Positions 13,402 through 25,976 of a stretch of DNA of 64,000 nt are shown here, one piece after another. Both the position numbers and the translations under genes were made by a program. The notes under the pieces were generated by a model. The model ran no database searches. It worked only from the letters and a program-made list of their open reading frames with translations, and was not told the origin of the DNA. Source of the DNA: Euglena gracilis (lineage: Eukaryota); NCBI GenBank assembly GCA_039621445.1, contig CP154954.1, forward strand, positions 26,672,954 to 26,736,953, in the 5' to 3' direction. Position 1 is the first letter of the stretch, and every line of letters starts with the position of its first letter.

Positions 13402-15112
13402 AGGGGGGGGGGCCACTCTGGCCCCCACTTTGTCTTTGCCATTGGCAGATTTGACATTTACAGGTTCTTCTGTAGCAATTCTTGTACTCCCCTGCCAGCA
13501 TAAATCCTTCCCTTTCAGCAACCTTCAGCGCCCAGGGGCCACAGACATTTGTAGGATCTTTCCCCAGGTACTTAACACACTGCCTCAAATTTTCCTTTTC
13601 AATCTGCTCCTCCTTGCGCCTTGATTCCTCAATCAGCCAATTCATTGCACCTAAACTTCCCAAAACCACAGCAAGAAACAAACCAGAAGTCAAAGCCCCA
13701 AAGGGTTCATACTGCTTGCCACCTGCACAAAGTTACAGACGACAGATTGTGGAATGTACAAATTAGGAATCTCTGGCCTGGCTCTGCTTAATTCTGCTGC
13801 CATCTGGGAGCGAATCCCACACTCCCCTCCTCAAAAAGCTTCCCAAGCTATATCAGCCCTTGGCATCTGGGAGTCGCTCACAGATGGGTTTCACCTGTTC
13901 CACCTGACTTTTCACCGCCCTCGAGCCACACAAGTCTTTTTTCGAGCAATTTCCGACCCCACCATGCCACACCCGTGCATGCCGTGGCCAATTGCCTGCG
14001 GTTTGTGCACAGGGGGCAATTGGTTCCCTGGAGCAATGGCTACCTGAGCAATCGTCGAAGGCGTGCCACCAGGGCCTGCCACACAGGGGGGGGCTTTGAG
14101 GCAAAAGTTACCTGGGCAATCATCCCGGAAGATGTGCCACCAGGACTTGCCACACAAGCCGGCATGCCACTGAAAATTCGACCCGGAGCTTTCGACAGGG
14201 GGCGAAAAGAACAAGGCAATCAGGTTAACACCCGGTCCGCTCAGTCCTCGAGCCGCTTGGCAGACTTAAGCTTCAGCCTTCTCCTTCTCCGCTTCCAACT
14301 GGTCGTCTCATTCTCCACTCTCGCCTTGGATTCGTCTGCACTTGGCTCAGCCACACCCTTCTTCGGGACTTCCCAGCTGAACGGTTCTTCCTCGTCGGTG
14401 GACTCGCATGTGACCTTTGACAGCTCCTTCTGGCTTGCTTCTTGCACTGCATCACCAGCATGTACACCTGTGGTATGCACAGCCTCAGCATCTTCTTCAT
14501 CACCCCTTCTGGCATGCAATTGGTCCCCATGACACATCTGTACATCACCACATCCACCTTCATCAACTTCAATGTCACCATTTCAAGGGCTGTAATGCCC
14601 GATGCTGGCATCACACACCTCAGCATTCCTTGACTTGTCATCTTCAGCATGTAGCACTTGAACATCCTTGCAAGGCTCATGAACCCTTTGTGTAGGGGGG
14701 GCCCCACTCTGGCCCCCACTTTGTCTTTGCCATTGGCAGATTTGACATTTACAGGTTTTTCTGTAGCAGTTCTTGTACTCCCCTGCCAGCAAAAATCCTT
14801 CCCCTTCAGCAACCTTCAGCGCCCAGGGGCCACAGACATTTGTAGGATCTTTCCCCAGGTACTTAACACACTGCCTCAAATTTTCCTTTTCAATCTGCTC
14901 CTGCTTGCGCCTTGATTCCTCAATCAGCCAATTCATTGCACCAAACCTTCCCAAAACCACAGCAAGAAACAAACCAGAAGTCAAAGCCCCAAAGGGTTCA
15001 TACTGCTTGCCACCTGCACAAAGTTACAGATGACAGATTGTGGAATGTACAAATTAGGAATCTCTGGCCTGGCTCTGCTTAATTCTGCTGCCATCTGGGA
15101 GCGAATCCCACA
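13402..15112 (-). mobile_element. Non-autonomous LTR element A (~420-bp LTRs) nested in the Gypsy 5' LTR
   Basis: Direct repeats ~13402-13821 (outer end deleted into G-run) and 14691-15112 TG..CA; PPT GAGGAGGGGAG on minus; right TSD AGGG matches the empty site in the 3' LTR (~27651). Confidence 0.88.
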
Positions 15113-15372
15113 AGGGAGGGGTTGAAACCCCAAAGGCACCCCCCTTGGAAATCCCAGTGACACACCCCTCAGGGGTCGGGGAGGGTCCACTGGGAAGTTT
15201 CTCCTTGTAAATGATGGCCCAGTTTCGGCCACAGGGGGGTGCAGAATGGGAAAAAAAATCACAAGTCGGATCGAGGAGCCAAAAAAAGATCCTACGCCGG
15301 AAACTGGCCGGGGCCGGGGTTTCCGCTTCACCCCAGTGCTGCCGTGGGACATGGCAGCACGGGTGTGAATCA

Positions 15373-15382
15373 TGGTAAGCAG
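15373..15382 (+). promoter_or_regulatory. Primer binding site (tRNA-iMet-like TGGTAAGCAG)
   Basis: Immediately follows LTR CA end; same motif at 29804. Confidence 0.7.
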
Positions 15383-16299
15383 TGGTTTTTCTTTCAGCCT
15401 TCAGTTCCAAGTTTTGGGTTGGAAATCCCTGCTCAGAATGTTTTCTTTGATGATCAGCCATTGGCCCAATCTCAGATGGCAAATCTGACGATTGAAGTTT
15501 CGGGGCACAGGGAGTTTGGACCCGAAACCAGTTTGGCTGACCTCAGAACCCCCACAAATATGGGACAGATGTTGGAATTTCAGGGTGGGGATGGCCAGGT
15601 TGTCATTTCTAACCAACAGTGTTTTCCAGAGCCTTTTTCAGGATTTTTGCCTTTGTAAAATATGGGGTACGGTTTTTTGCTGCCTGAGTTGCACCCTCTC
15701 CCAGACTTTTCATTGGCGCAAAATTTGGGGAATCTGCCATCATTACCCGCTTTTGCAATGCCTTTGCCTCCAGCTCAACCAGTTTCTTCAACACCAGCCC
15801 AAGAGCCGGTGGCACTTTTGCAGTTTTCCCAACCATCCCAGGTAGATGGGCTGGCGAAGGAAACGGTAAGTGCCTCGACAGGGCAGGGGGGTGATAACCC
15901 CAGCCCAGTTTTCTTTGAAAAGCCGGCACAGGTCAGTGTGCTGGGCTTAAACAATAATAATAACTGGGACAGCAGCGAACGGGTCAGAGCGGAAGTGGAG
16001 GGGGGCAGAGAAAAACCCGAATGACCAGCCCAGTTCCACTTCTACTCGGCGACCCCGAACACCGGCTTCATCACCAGGCAGTGATGAAGTTCAGCAAAAA
16101 CGGCTGCACCGTGAGGTTGGTCACGGTCAGCCAGCAGCTGCTGCAGCCCCCCAGCCTCCTCATATTTTCATCGAGGGGGGTGAGGAGGAGGTCTAACCCC
16201 CAGCCTATGAAAGTTCTGAAGCCATCCCCAGGGTGGGTTCACAAAATCAGAGATTTGAAGACCCCTGGGGGGCAATTTTTACAAAGTAACAGAGACCTC

Positions 16300-19022
16300 C
16301 AGTGGACTGTGCAGCACCTGACTTTTCGGGTTTGGCTTTGGAAAAAGCTAACAAAGAGTGGGTTCTGCAGCAGCAGCAGCAGCAGCAACAACCCCCCGCA
16401 GTCGACATCCACCTGGTGGAGCACATGACTGCACGAATCGAAGAAACGGCCAGGGCTGACAGACTGCAGATTTTTGAACTTTTTGAAAAAAAATGTGAGG
16501 CCCAGGTGCAAATTTCTGTGAAAAAAATTGACGCACAGGCACTTGAACTTTTCTTCGGGCAGGAGAAATGTTTTGAGGAAAAACTGGTCCACCAGTTTTC
16601 TTCCAGCCGTGATCAGTTTTTGGCCCTGAGGCAGGAATTTTTACGAATTCTGGACAGCCTGCCACAGGAAAATTTGAAACAAGTGCAAAATCAGGTGGCC
16701 GCCTTACCGATTAAGGATCTCGTGCTTGAAAATTTTCAGCGGTTTGCTGAGAATTTTGGAGCCGCCCAGCCAGCTCAGGGGGGGGGGAGAGGCAGAAACT
16801 CTCCAAGAGCTGGCCGTTGTTGCTGCCAAAATCGTTGAAGTTCAGGCTGACCTGGTATCGCTGCGTAGTACGGTACAGGGCCAGGCTCAGCAGCTCCAGC
16901 AGTTCGCTGATTATGTTCGCCAGCTGGGTGAACAAAAATCAGCATGAATACAGCCCTCCATGGTTTTAGTGGGGGTATTCAAAAACTGCACCAGAATATT
17001 TCAGATGAAGTAGGGAAACGACCCTCAGAAATGCAGAAACTGTTGACGGATTGTCAGCAGAATTTTCAGAGTGTTTATCAACAGATTTTTTCCCAGGAGA
17101 AAAAATTTGGTGGGCTGGTGGAGGAATTAAGGCAGGGACTTGAAAAAGTTGGGGGGAACACTTTCGAGTTTGCAGAAAGTGTTGCAGGATTTACAAAAAA
17201 ATGGACCCGTACACCCAACTGCAGAACCGAGAGGGGTTTTGCAAAAAAAATTCTGACATGTGGTGGCTGCGGCAGCGCAGCCAGCAGCCCCTACACCCAG
17301 TGGGGCTGCCACAGCCTGGGCAGCAGCTGGCCCAGCAGCCCGTCGTCCAGCTAGTCCAGCAGCCTGGCCAGCCAGCAGGCCAGCCGCAGCCTGCTCACGG
17401 GCTGCCAATGGGGCTGGGCCAGCCGTCAGCTGGACAGCAGCAGCCCCAGCAGGTGCCCAGTGCTGACCCAGCTTTTTCAGATCAGATTATTTCTCATAAT
17501 AAATCTGCAGTTTCAAACATTTCCCCTCCCTTAGTGATTGAGGGGGGATTTGTTTTGGAGGACACGCAAGGCACGGCAGTGGTTTCTTCTGTGTGTCCCT
17601 CCACATATTTCTGCAGCCCCTGCTTTCTCGATTAGGCCTATCGGGACAGGGGGGGGGCTGCAGCCAACCCAGGTCACGGGTTGGGTTTTCCTTTTATCGG
17701 TGACCCAGTAGCTTTTGAAATTTTGCAGGGAGGTGCTAAGCCTATTTTGATAAATCGGGCAGCATTTCCTGGCAAGATTTTGAAGTAGATTGGAATCTTT
17801 ACTGGGATAGGTTGACATCAGGCAAACCGTACTCTAATTTGCAAAAGCTGCAGGTTTCTGAGGCATGTTTAGGACCCAGATTAGGGGAGGAAATCAGGCT
17901 CTATCGGTTGAATGGAACTAAATTAAGTTACCCAACCATATTGGCCCAGTTCCAGAACCGTTATGCCTCGAATAAGGGGCTTACGGCTCGGAAAATATGG
18001 CACGAGGTAACTATGGTAAACGAAGGCAAAATTACCCGGGCTGATCTGCAAGAATTTTGGATTAAATGTTGCAGTGCCTGGCACCATGTAAAGGTTGCCA
18101 CAGCCGGGGAGGCTCGTAGATTATTTTTGGAAAGAACTCATCCTTTTTTAAGCAAGTTTTGCATAGAAGAGGAGGATAACCGAGCCCGTAAACAACCCAT
18201 TGTCAGGCTCACAGGGATACCAAATCCCACGGTGGATGGGATTCAAAGGAGTGTGAGCCAGATCACTGGGGGGATTGATCCACGGAACGTGGTTATCAAA
18301 AACCCTGGTGCCATTTGCCTTATTTATATCAGTTCCCCGGAGGAGGCACTGAAATTAACAGCCGTAAATGGAAGGAAATTGCAGGGAATGGAAAATTTGC
18401 TCAACGCCGAATTGGTGGAACAACTAATGACCGTTGAGGAAATGTTTGCTTTTGCCGAGGGCAGGTTGGCTCTTCGGGAGAAGCAGGATTTGGCTTTGAA
18501 TCAGCACCATTTTCCCAGATTATTCAGCAAATCGACAACAAAAGGCTCAGGGTAAATACAGGTGTTGGAAAAAGGCCAGACCCCCCCCCCGGTGTCCCCA
18601 ACATCCATGCCAGCACCAGCAGCCGGGGGGCAGGTTCACACCTCAAAATCTGCCCACAGCCAGCTGCGAAGGGCGATAAGGGGCCAGCCCAGCCAGCCCC
18701 GCGTGGCAGGTCCCCTTCTTCGTCTTCGCGGCCAGCAGCAGTTTCATGGTCGTGAACCCAACGTCCAGCACCCCCAGCCCGGCAAGGCAAGGGGGGGCAG
18801 ACCTGGACCCCGCACGCATCAGGTAGGGGCATGTCTCCATATCCATGCTTCAACTGTGGGGAGGGCGGACATTATTTTTTTGAGTGTGACAAACCGCTGA
18901 GTGAGGCCCTTGCTAAATGTAATGATTTTTGGCGAACTAATGGAAAAGGCAAGGGGCAGCCCAACTGTAAAGGGCAGCAAGTCACTCAGCGAAATTGCTC
19001 GGGCAATGGGGGTGCATGGTAA
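16300..19022 (+). pseudogene. gag: Gypsy gag-like region (Q-rich/coiled N-terminus, capsid-like 17812-18555, zinc knuckle)
   Basis: CFNCGEGGHYFFEC (CX2CX4HX4C) at ~18846-18887; multiple frameshifts. Confidence 0.7.
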
Positions 19023-19329
19023 AAGGTGGGTGGGCATACCTCTTCTCCACCTGGGGCCCAATAGGGGGGCCAGGGGCAGTTTGAGAATGGGGGGGGCTGC
19101 CCATGGCCGTGTCTCTCCACCCTGTGAGGGAAACGGTGTAAATATTTCTGCTTCAAAGAAACTGGGGTGTACAGGATTTTATGGCTGATTCAGGGTGTGG
19201 CGAAAAACATTCTTTGGATCAGCCCCCCAGATATTTGAATCGGTCTCGTTACTCCTGGAGGGAAGTAAAATGTTCAAGGGTTCCTGTTTTGTATTCAAAT
19301 CTGCCACAGCCCAACCCCCTACCATCAGC

Positions 19330-19960
19330 TCAGCGACCTCAGGCATTAGATTTATTCGCTGGCACAGGTTCGGTGGTGAGGCGGTTGGCAGAACGGGGGT
19401 ATGAAGTTTTGTCAATCGAAAATGCTCCCTGGACGAACTTCCACCCCCACACAGACATTTTAACCTGGCACTACAGGCGATACCCGGTTGGATTTTTTGA
19501 GGTTATTGCCGCTAGACCCCCCTGTAATATTTATTCCACGGCTAATAACCCCAGACCAAGGGACTTCTCCCAGGCGGATGCCCTGGTGGAGAGAACCATG
19601 GAAAATATAGATTATTTTGAGCCCAAGTTGTGGTGGTTGGAGAACCCCCGCACTGGTCTTTTGCGAAATAGGGAGGTGGTGAAAAACCTGCCCTATATCG
19701 ACATTGATTATTGTCAGTTTTCAGATTTGGGTTATAAAAAGCCACACACGTTTCTGGTGCTGCCCTCCCATTTCACAACTACGGTCGGTGTCGTGTGATG
19801 GCGAATCGTGTCCTAACCTGGTGATGGGGGACAATGGGCAGTTCCGGCACCGTGAATTGTTGGGGGGCAGAAAAAATGAAGTTTTCCCTCCGACAAAAAG
19901 GAAGAATACCCCCCTGGTGATTGATTATCTCCTAAGTTCTGGGTATTTTCTGGGGGGCTA
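19330..19960 (+). pseudogene. C5-cytosine DNA methyltransferase domain inside the Gypsy polyprotein (frameshift ~19745)
   Basis: Motif I ALDLFAGTGS, II VLSIE, III TDIL, IV ARPPC, VI WWLENP, VIII-like DYCQF..GYKKP/TRFW. Confidence 0.9.
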
Positions 19961-20119
19961 GCCCAAAGAGATTTCCCAAAATTCCCAGGATTTTGAGGAA
20001 GGGGAAATTCCAGACCGTTGCTGTCATTTGGCCAACACCTTGAAGGTCAATCAGATGTGGCCCATTGAAAACGAGCTGCAACTTTTGATACTATCTCAAA
20101 CGTATCTCCCTAATTGAGA

Positions 20120-20480
20120 TACCAAGCAGCTCAAAGTTTTGGTGGACACGGGAGCCCAGGTGAACCTGGTCAAAAGGTTCATCGTTCCAAAACATCTGGC
20201 CAGGTCACCACGAATGCCGATTCGGCTGGTGGCTGCCAACGGCCAATGCGTTTTGGGGGACGACCAGTATATTAAATTGGAGTTGGGTTTTCAACGCAGG
20301 GGTACGGGGCAGGGGGGCACCCGGGCCTTGTACCTCGAAGGGGAAGTCTACCTCGCGAATATTGAGGTAGATGCTATACTATCATTTCCAAGGTTAGCCG
20401 AACATGGTTTGGGTGTGTTCCCACACCATAACGCTTTGGTTTATGACAATCCTGATCTGACTTTCTTGTACGGGTGGGAT
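20120..20480 (+). pseudogene. Retropepsin aspartic protease
   Basis: LVDTGAQVNLV catalytic motif, IRLVAANG, DAIL. Confidence 0.9.
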
Positions 20481-20879
20481 ACCAGAAATCAGAAAAGGAA
20501 ATCCCATAAGGGGAAGAAAAAACACAATTCGCAAAAAAGAGTTGGGTTGTGGTTTCTGACTTCGGAGAATCCCCTGAAAACGCACCAACCACGGAGTCCC
20601 TTGAAAATGAAAAGGTGTGGTTGCACCTGCAAAAAATGAATTTGCACCTACCCTTGCAAGGCTTTGATATGCAACCAAAATTTCCTGGCAAGAAGGAATT
20701 GCATACCATAGCCAAGCATCTCACCGAATCGCCAGCCGAGGACAAGGCAGTGAATGCCATAATCCAGGCTCGCGACTCGGATGAGAAGGAGGACCCCAGG
20801 GTGGTAGCATTTCGGAATAAAATTCTTCAGGATTTTGAAGGGGAGGTGTTGGGTATGGAGGTACCCCCTGACCCTCCTG

Positions 20880-22260
20880 TTCGGGGACCTTATGGTTACG
20901 CCCAGATTCCTCTGAAGGAGGGTGCTGTACCCACAACGCAAAAAACCTTTGTGTTACACGATGAAAGATTTGAAGCTCACAACAAGGTCACCCAGGAAAG
21001 GTGGCACCGGAAATTTGTTGAGCGATTGCCCAAGGGAACAAATTCGGAATGGCTGTCCGTAACATTTGTAGTTCCGAAAAAAGGAGGCGAATGGAGGGGA
21101 GTGGTAGACATGCGGGGGCCTAACAGTCAAACTAGGCATGTGTCCTACCCATTTCCCGTAATTGAAGACCTCCTGGTAAAACAAGGTGGAAACATGATGT
21201 TTTCCATCTTGGATTTACGGCAGGCTTTCCACCAACAGCCTTTGGACCCGGAAAGCCGGCCCATCACATGTTGTAGTACCCCCCTCGGTCTTTTTCAGTG
21301 GAGGGTTAATGTGATGGGTCTAACAAACGCAAGCCAGCAGTTTTAGCAAATGATGGAAGATCGCCTCTTCCCCGTGGGAGACGTGGCTGATCCTTACATC
21401 GACGACATTTTGACTGGAACCCGAGTGCGTCCTGGTGAGGATTTACTCGCAGCACATGACATGGATTTGCGAAGAGTCCTTGAAGTTTTACGAAAAGACA
21501 GATTTGTAGCCGACAAAAGAAAATGCCGCACGATCTGGGTGGGGGGGTGAGAAAACCATCCCCTGGAAAGCTTATGGCCATTGAAAAATGGGAGCCACCC
21601 CAAACAATCACGGGTTTACGTGCTTTTCTGGGGTTCACAAATTATTACAGCTCCTATGTGAAGGATTACGCCCACATTGTCGCTTGCCTTCAAGGTAAGC
21701 TCAACGTTTCACGAGTGGACGGCAAGAAGGGTTCCAAGAAAAGGATTTCTTGGGACCATCCGACATTGAGGCATTCCAAAAAATTAAATCACTGTTGTGC
21801 AGTGAATTAATTTTGCAACACGTTAAGCCAGACAAACCATTTGTTTTAAGAGTGGATGCCAGCCAGTATGCGGTTGGTGCCACCCTTGAACAATTAGTCG
21901 GGGAGGATAGGGCTCCTACTCCTGAAGACGCACGGGCCAAGCGTACTGTGCCTGTCGCCTTCATGAGTAGGAAGCTAACGGGCAGCCAAAGAAACTGGGT
22001 ACCTAGGAAACAGGAGACTTATGCCATAATCCTAGCCTTACAAAAGTGGGAATCATGGATTGGGCTGCAGCCCATCCTGGTTCTCACGGACCACAATTCT
22101 AGATGCACCAAGTGGTCCCATTGGGAGAAGGGCTAGGTGGCATCAAATATTATCAAATTTCGATTTGTCGGTTGGGTATATCCCGGGACGGGAAAATACC
22201 ATAGCCGATTTGTTGTCAAGGTGGGCTTACCTGGCCTCCCATGCCTTGAAGGACAATTTC
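20880..22260 (+). pseudogene. pol: Gypsy reverse transcriptase + RNase H (stop and frameshifts)
   Basis: WRGVVDMRGPNSQT, FSILDLRQAFHQ, YIDD, LRAFLGFTNYY, LRVDASQYAVGATL, ETYAI, N.IADLLSR. Confidence 0.95.
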
Positions 22261-22433
22261 AAGGCATGGGTTAGCCCTTGACACCAAGGAAATGAGGGAA
22301 ATCATTCAAACAGAAAAATTGGAAGAGGCAGAATCTATGTGGCTACGGTTAGTGGCCAACCAACCACAGCCAATACATACATTCGTGGAGTCACCACACG
22401 GGGAGGTGCTACCAGGGGGTCCGGGGACACGGG

Positions 22434-24116
22434 TGTTTTCTGAGTGTCTCCTTTTACCCACTGGGGGGTCAAACTTGAAAACGTTTCCTTTCCAGCAGCA
22501 CTCACTTTCCTTCAGCACAGCATAAACCAAGACTTGAAATCGTCATCTGGCGCTCAGGCCTTCCAGGAGTCAAAGAGTTCAGGACAGTTGCAGCTGCAAA
22601 AACAGAAATTTTGTAATTAGGATTCTCGCCTCCTAATTTAATTTTGGGTTTTGAAATTTTAAACCTGGCGCCGCCCACACACCCCTCTCTGGACACTTCG
22701 TGCCCACTGCCTTCGGCAATTTTTTTGCGGCGCCAAAATTGGCCTTTTTTCTTTTGGGGGGGAGGCGGCTGAAATTTGTTGTTTTTTTAATTTTTGAACG
22801 CTGAATCAGGGATATAATACATCCGTTGCAGGGATTTAGTCCAACAATGTCCAGCAGCAAAATAGGGGGGGCACAGGGCCACCAGCCAACCCCAGAGCCC
22901 TTGGGGCACCATGGGAAAGTTTGGTCCCCCTCCCAACCTTCCCCAGGACACTCCTGGGATGAGGGGGCCAGTGGGGGGTTTCCAGGGGGAGTCCCAGGGC
23001 CTGTGGGTAGGCCCCCTTGTGGCGGTCCTCCCACCTGGGCCCTGGGCCTGGGCCTGGCCAGCACAAACTCAAAGCCAATCTTGCAGGGAGGGGGCTCAAA
23101 TTGAACACACAATCATTGCAAAGAAGCTTCACCACTTGAATCACTGAAATTTGGGCTGTCCCCTGTGCCGACCTGGAGCCTAAGGTGCACTTGTTGGCAG
23201 GACCCTCCTTTCATCTTTTGCCTCCTCATTCTCCTTTTTGCTGAACTTGAAATTTGATTAGAAACTTTTGCCATTTTGAAACATTGCCTTATCCTTCTGC
23301 AGACAAATGCCACTTGTACTGGCCATTTTGTGGGGGGGACTGTGAACCCTGCCCCAACCAACTCAAACAACGGTGTGGCACAAGGATACTCCAGCATTCT
23401 GACAACAATGTCTGGAAGATCTTCCCACCAGGGGACAGTCACCCACCTTGGGACAACCAGCACCGCATGACCATGATCCTTCTTCAGCTTGTGGATGACA
23501 TTTGCAATGAGGTTGAAGGGGGGATTTGCCCACAACAATCCAACAATGGAATGTGTCCACTTCACTGTGAAGGAGTCTTCCACAAATTGTGACCCAGGTC
23601 CCCACCAGCATTTGAATCTCTTGCTGTCTTCCAAACTGAATGCATCAATGTTGGGGGTCTTCAAACCCAATCTCTCAAAGATTTCAACAACATACTGAAA
23701 TTTCACTGCATACAGCTCAGATTTCCAGCCAAGTTTTCTGCAGCATTTATCTTCCCAAATTTCTTCATCATTGACAATCCCTGACTTGACACTTTCTGAA
23801 ATGTCCATTTCTTCTGGCCAAACTGGCTGACTTTTGTCCTCCAAGACTTGCGCAACAAATGAACTCTTTGTGTTTTCTGAGTGTCTCCTTTTACCAACTG
23901 GGGGGTCAAACTTGAAACTTTTTCCTTTCCAGCAGCACTCACTTTCCTTCAGCACAGCATAAACCAAGACTTGAAATCGTCATCGTGCGCTCAGGCCTTA
24001 CAGCAGTCAAAGAGTTCTGAACAGTTGCAGCTGCAAAAACAGAAATTTTGTAATTAGGATAGGCGCATCCTAATTCAATTTTGGGTTTTGAAATTTTAAA
24101 CCTGGCACCGCCCACA
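22434..24116 (-). mobile_element. Non-autonomous LTR element B (246-bp LTRs) carrying an N6-adenine MTase
   Basis: LTRs 22434-22679 and 23871-24116, TG..CA, 4-bp TSD CGGG, PPT AGAGAGGGG on minus; sits between Gypsy RH and IN. Confidence 0.92.
23113..23808 (-). CDS. Dam-like N6-adenine DNA methyltransferase (DIRS-MT-like), open ORF
   Basis: PNIDAFS (motif I-like), LLWANPPF (motif IV), AVLVVPRW..PWW; no stops; first ATG ~23808. Confidence 0.8.
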   Translation of the reverse strand: MDISESVKSGIVNDEEIWEDKCCRKLGWKSELYAVKFQYVVEIFERLGLKTPNIDAFSLEDSKRFKCWWGPGSQFVEDSFTVKWTHSIVGLLWANPPFNLIANVIHKLKKDHGHAVLVVPRWVTVPWWEDLPDIVVRMLEYPCATPLFELVGAGFTVPPTKWPVQVAFVCRRIRQCFKMAKVSNQISSSAKRRMRRQKMKGGSCQQVHLRLQVGTGDSPNFSDSSGEASLQ

Positions 24117-24559
24117 CGGGTTGACGGTGCACACAACCGGGGGATAGGAATTCAGAACCACTTGGAGGAACAAAACCCCAGGTTGGGTTCAACCTCCACC
24201 CCCAAGGGAGAAAAATGAAAACATGTTTCATTCTCAACTCGGGTTGACGAGTTTGGGAATGAGACAAGTCTTGTGGACGAGGTCCAAGAGCCAAGGGGGG
24301 AGCATTTTCCATTGACACGCTTTTCTATACCAGCTTCGCCAACAATTCCAACCCCTGAACCTGCTGCCGCGGCTACCACTGAGGTACCTGGGGCAGACCG
24401 AGAATCACCTGTGTTGTCTTCAGGTGGTTTGAGTGGTGAGGGGGGGGGGAGCCACATCTACAGCCGATTCCTCACCCATCTCCCCCGGATCTGTGTGGGA
24501 TTTATCGTGGAAGGAGGAATATTTAAAAAGTTCCCTCCTTGGTCACCAATTTTTCAGGT

Positions 24560-25976
24560 TACCCAGGATTCAAAGGTGCCGTGGCCTGAAAATGTAAAGG
24601 TTTTTGGGGACAAAAGGTTTTTCGAGGAGAGGCTTTGTGTGCCCAAATCTCTCCAAGAAAACCTCATTCGGGATCACCACTCATACCAAGGGCATGTGGG
24701 ATTCCCAAGGTTATGGGAATGCATGTCCCTTAGGTATGATTAGGCTGATCACTCACTCGCTCGAGAATTTGCTAAAGGAGTCATGGGCCTTTCTGGGACT
24801 TGCCAAGCGTGCCGACGGCCGGAGAGTCTTAAGGGTATAGTGGAATCTACACCCATACCCCCAGCCGTAATGTATTCGGTGGCCCTGACATGTTTAGCAT
24901 GCCTCTCGTGGAGTGGGAAGGAAATTCTTACGACTCCAGGCTTGGGTGTGTGGATCGTCTCTCCGGTTGGATAGTGGCGATCCCCCACCTAGCAATAGGA
25001 TTTACCCAAGCCAAGGCAGCCAACCAAATGCTGTTGCATGCTTGGAGACCCTTTGGCGTCCCTTCCATTATTACTTCCGATCTGGGCCCACATTTTGTCG
25101 CCGGTTGGTGGCAGTGTGTGGCAGTTGGTGGCAATGTGTGCCTTGATGGGAATTAGGAAAGCCTACTCCCAGGCCTACGATCACCAGGCGAATGGAAGGG
25201 CGGAGAGGGCTGGCCAACAAATAATGGAACGGCTTGAGAAAATTCAGGTTGAGGACAAGTTGAATTGGGTTGAAGCCCTCCCCCAAGCACTAGACCGTAT
25301 CCAGGATACGCCGGGGGGGAGAGGCCTAAGCCCATTTCAAATCTTGTTCGGTCGACACCGTTCATTGTGTGGTTTACCTTATGAACCGTTAAGGGATTGT
25401 GAAGATGCCTGATCATTTTTTTCTCGGCAAAGATAAATTGATTTGGTAGTGGCTGGCAAAATGAATAATTTGCATGCCAAGCAATGTGCTCGGGCCAACT
25501 GTGGGAGTTGGGAGCCATTGGAGGTGGGGAATCTGGTGTTGTACCTCAGACCCCCCGATGGTGGCACAAAACTGGATTCCCGTTGGTTGGGCCCTTGCAA
25601 GGTTACCGCAAGGGAGGGAATTCATTCCTACCTAATTGAGGTCAAACCGGGCCATATTATGAAGGCCCATCGGAAGGCTTTGAAGGTATATGTGGAGGAC
25701 CCCACATCCGATAAGCCTATCCCCCTATTTTTCCATCGGCGGACGGTACCTGAGGCGGAAGGTGCCCCAGATACCTGGTTAGTGGATAAAATCCTAAACC
25801 ACAAGTTCGTTAATGGAAAAATGTTTTTCTTAACGAAGTGGCAAGGTCTTGAGGAGGCGAATTGGGAACCGGTGGAACATTTTTCCCAGGAGTATTATAG
25901 TGATGTAATAGATTATTGTCTGGCAAAAGGGTTGCCGTTGGATGTCTCTAAGGATTTAACGGCAACGGCAACCTGA
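24560..25976 (+). pseudogene. pol: Gypsy integrase with C-terminal chromodomain
   Basis: HH..GH/CQAC zinc motif, VDRLSG, IITSDLGPHF, QANGRAER, SPFQILFG, WLGP, chromodomain VDKILNHK..FFLTKWQG..NWEP. Confidence 0.92.

Noticed and set aside
19181-23967. Bacterial restriction-modification locus or contamination
   Set aside because: Both MTases lie inside eukaryotic LTR elements with TSDs; no endonuclease or operon context
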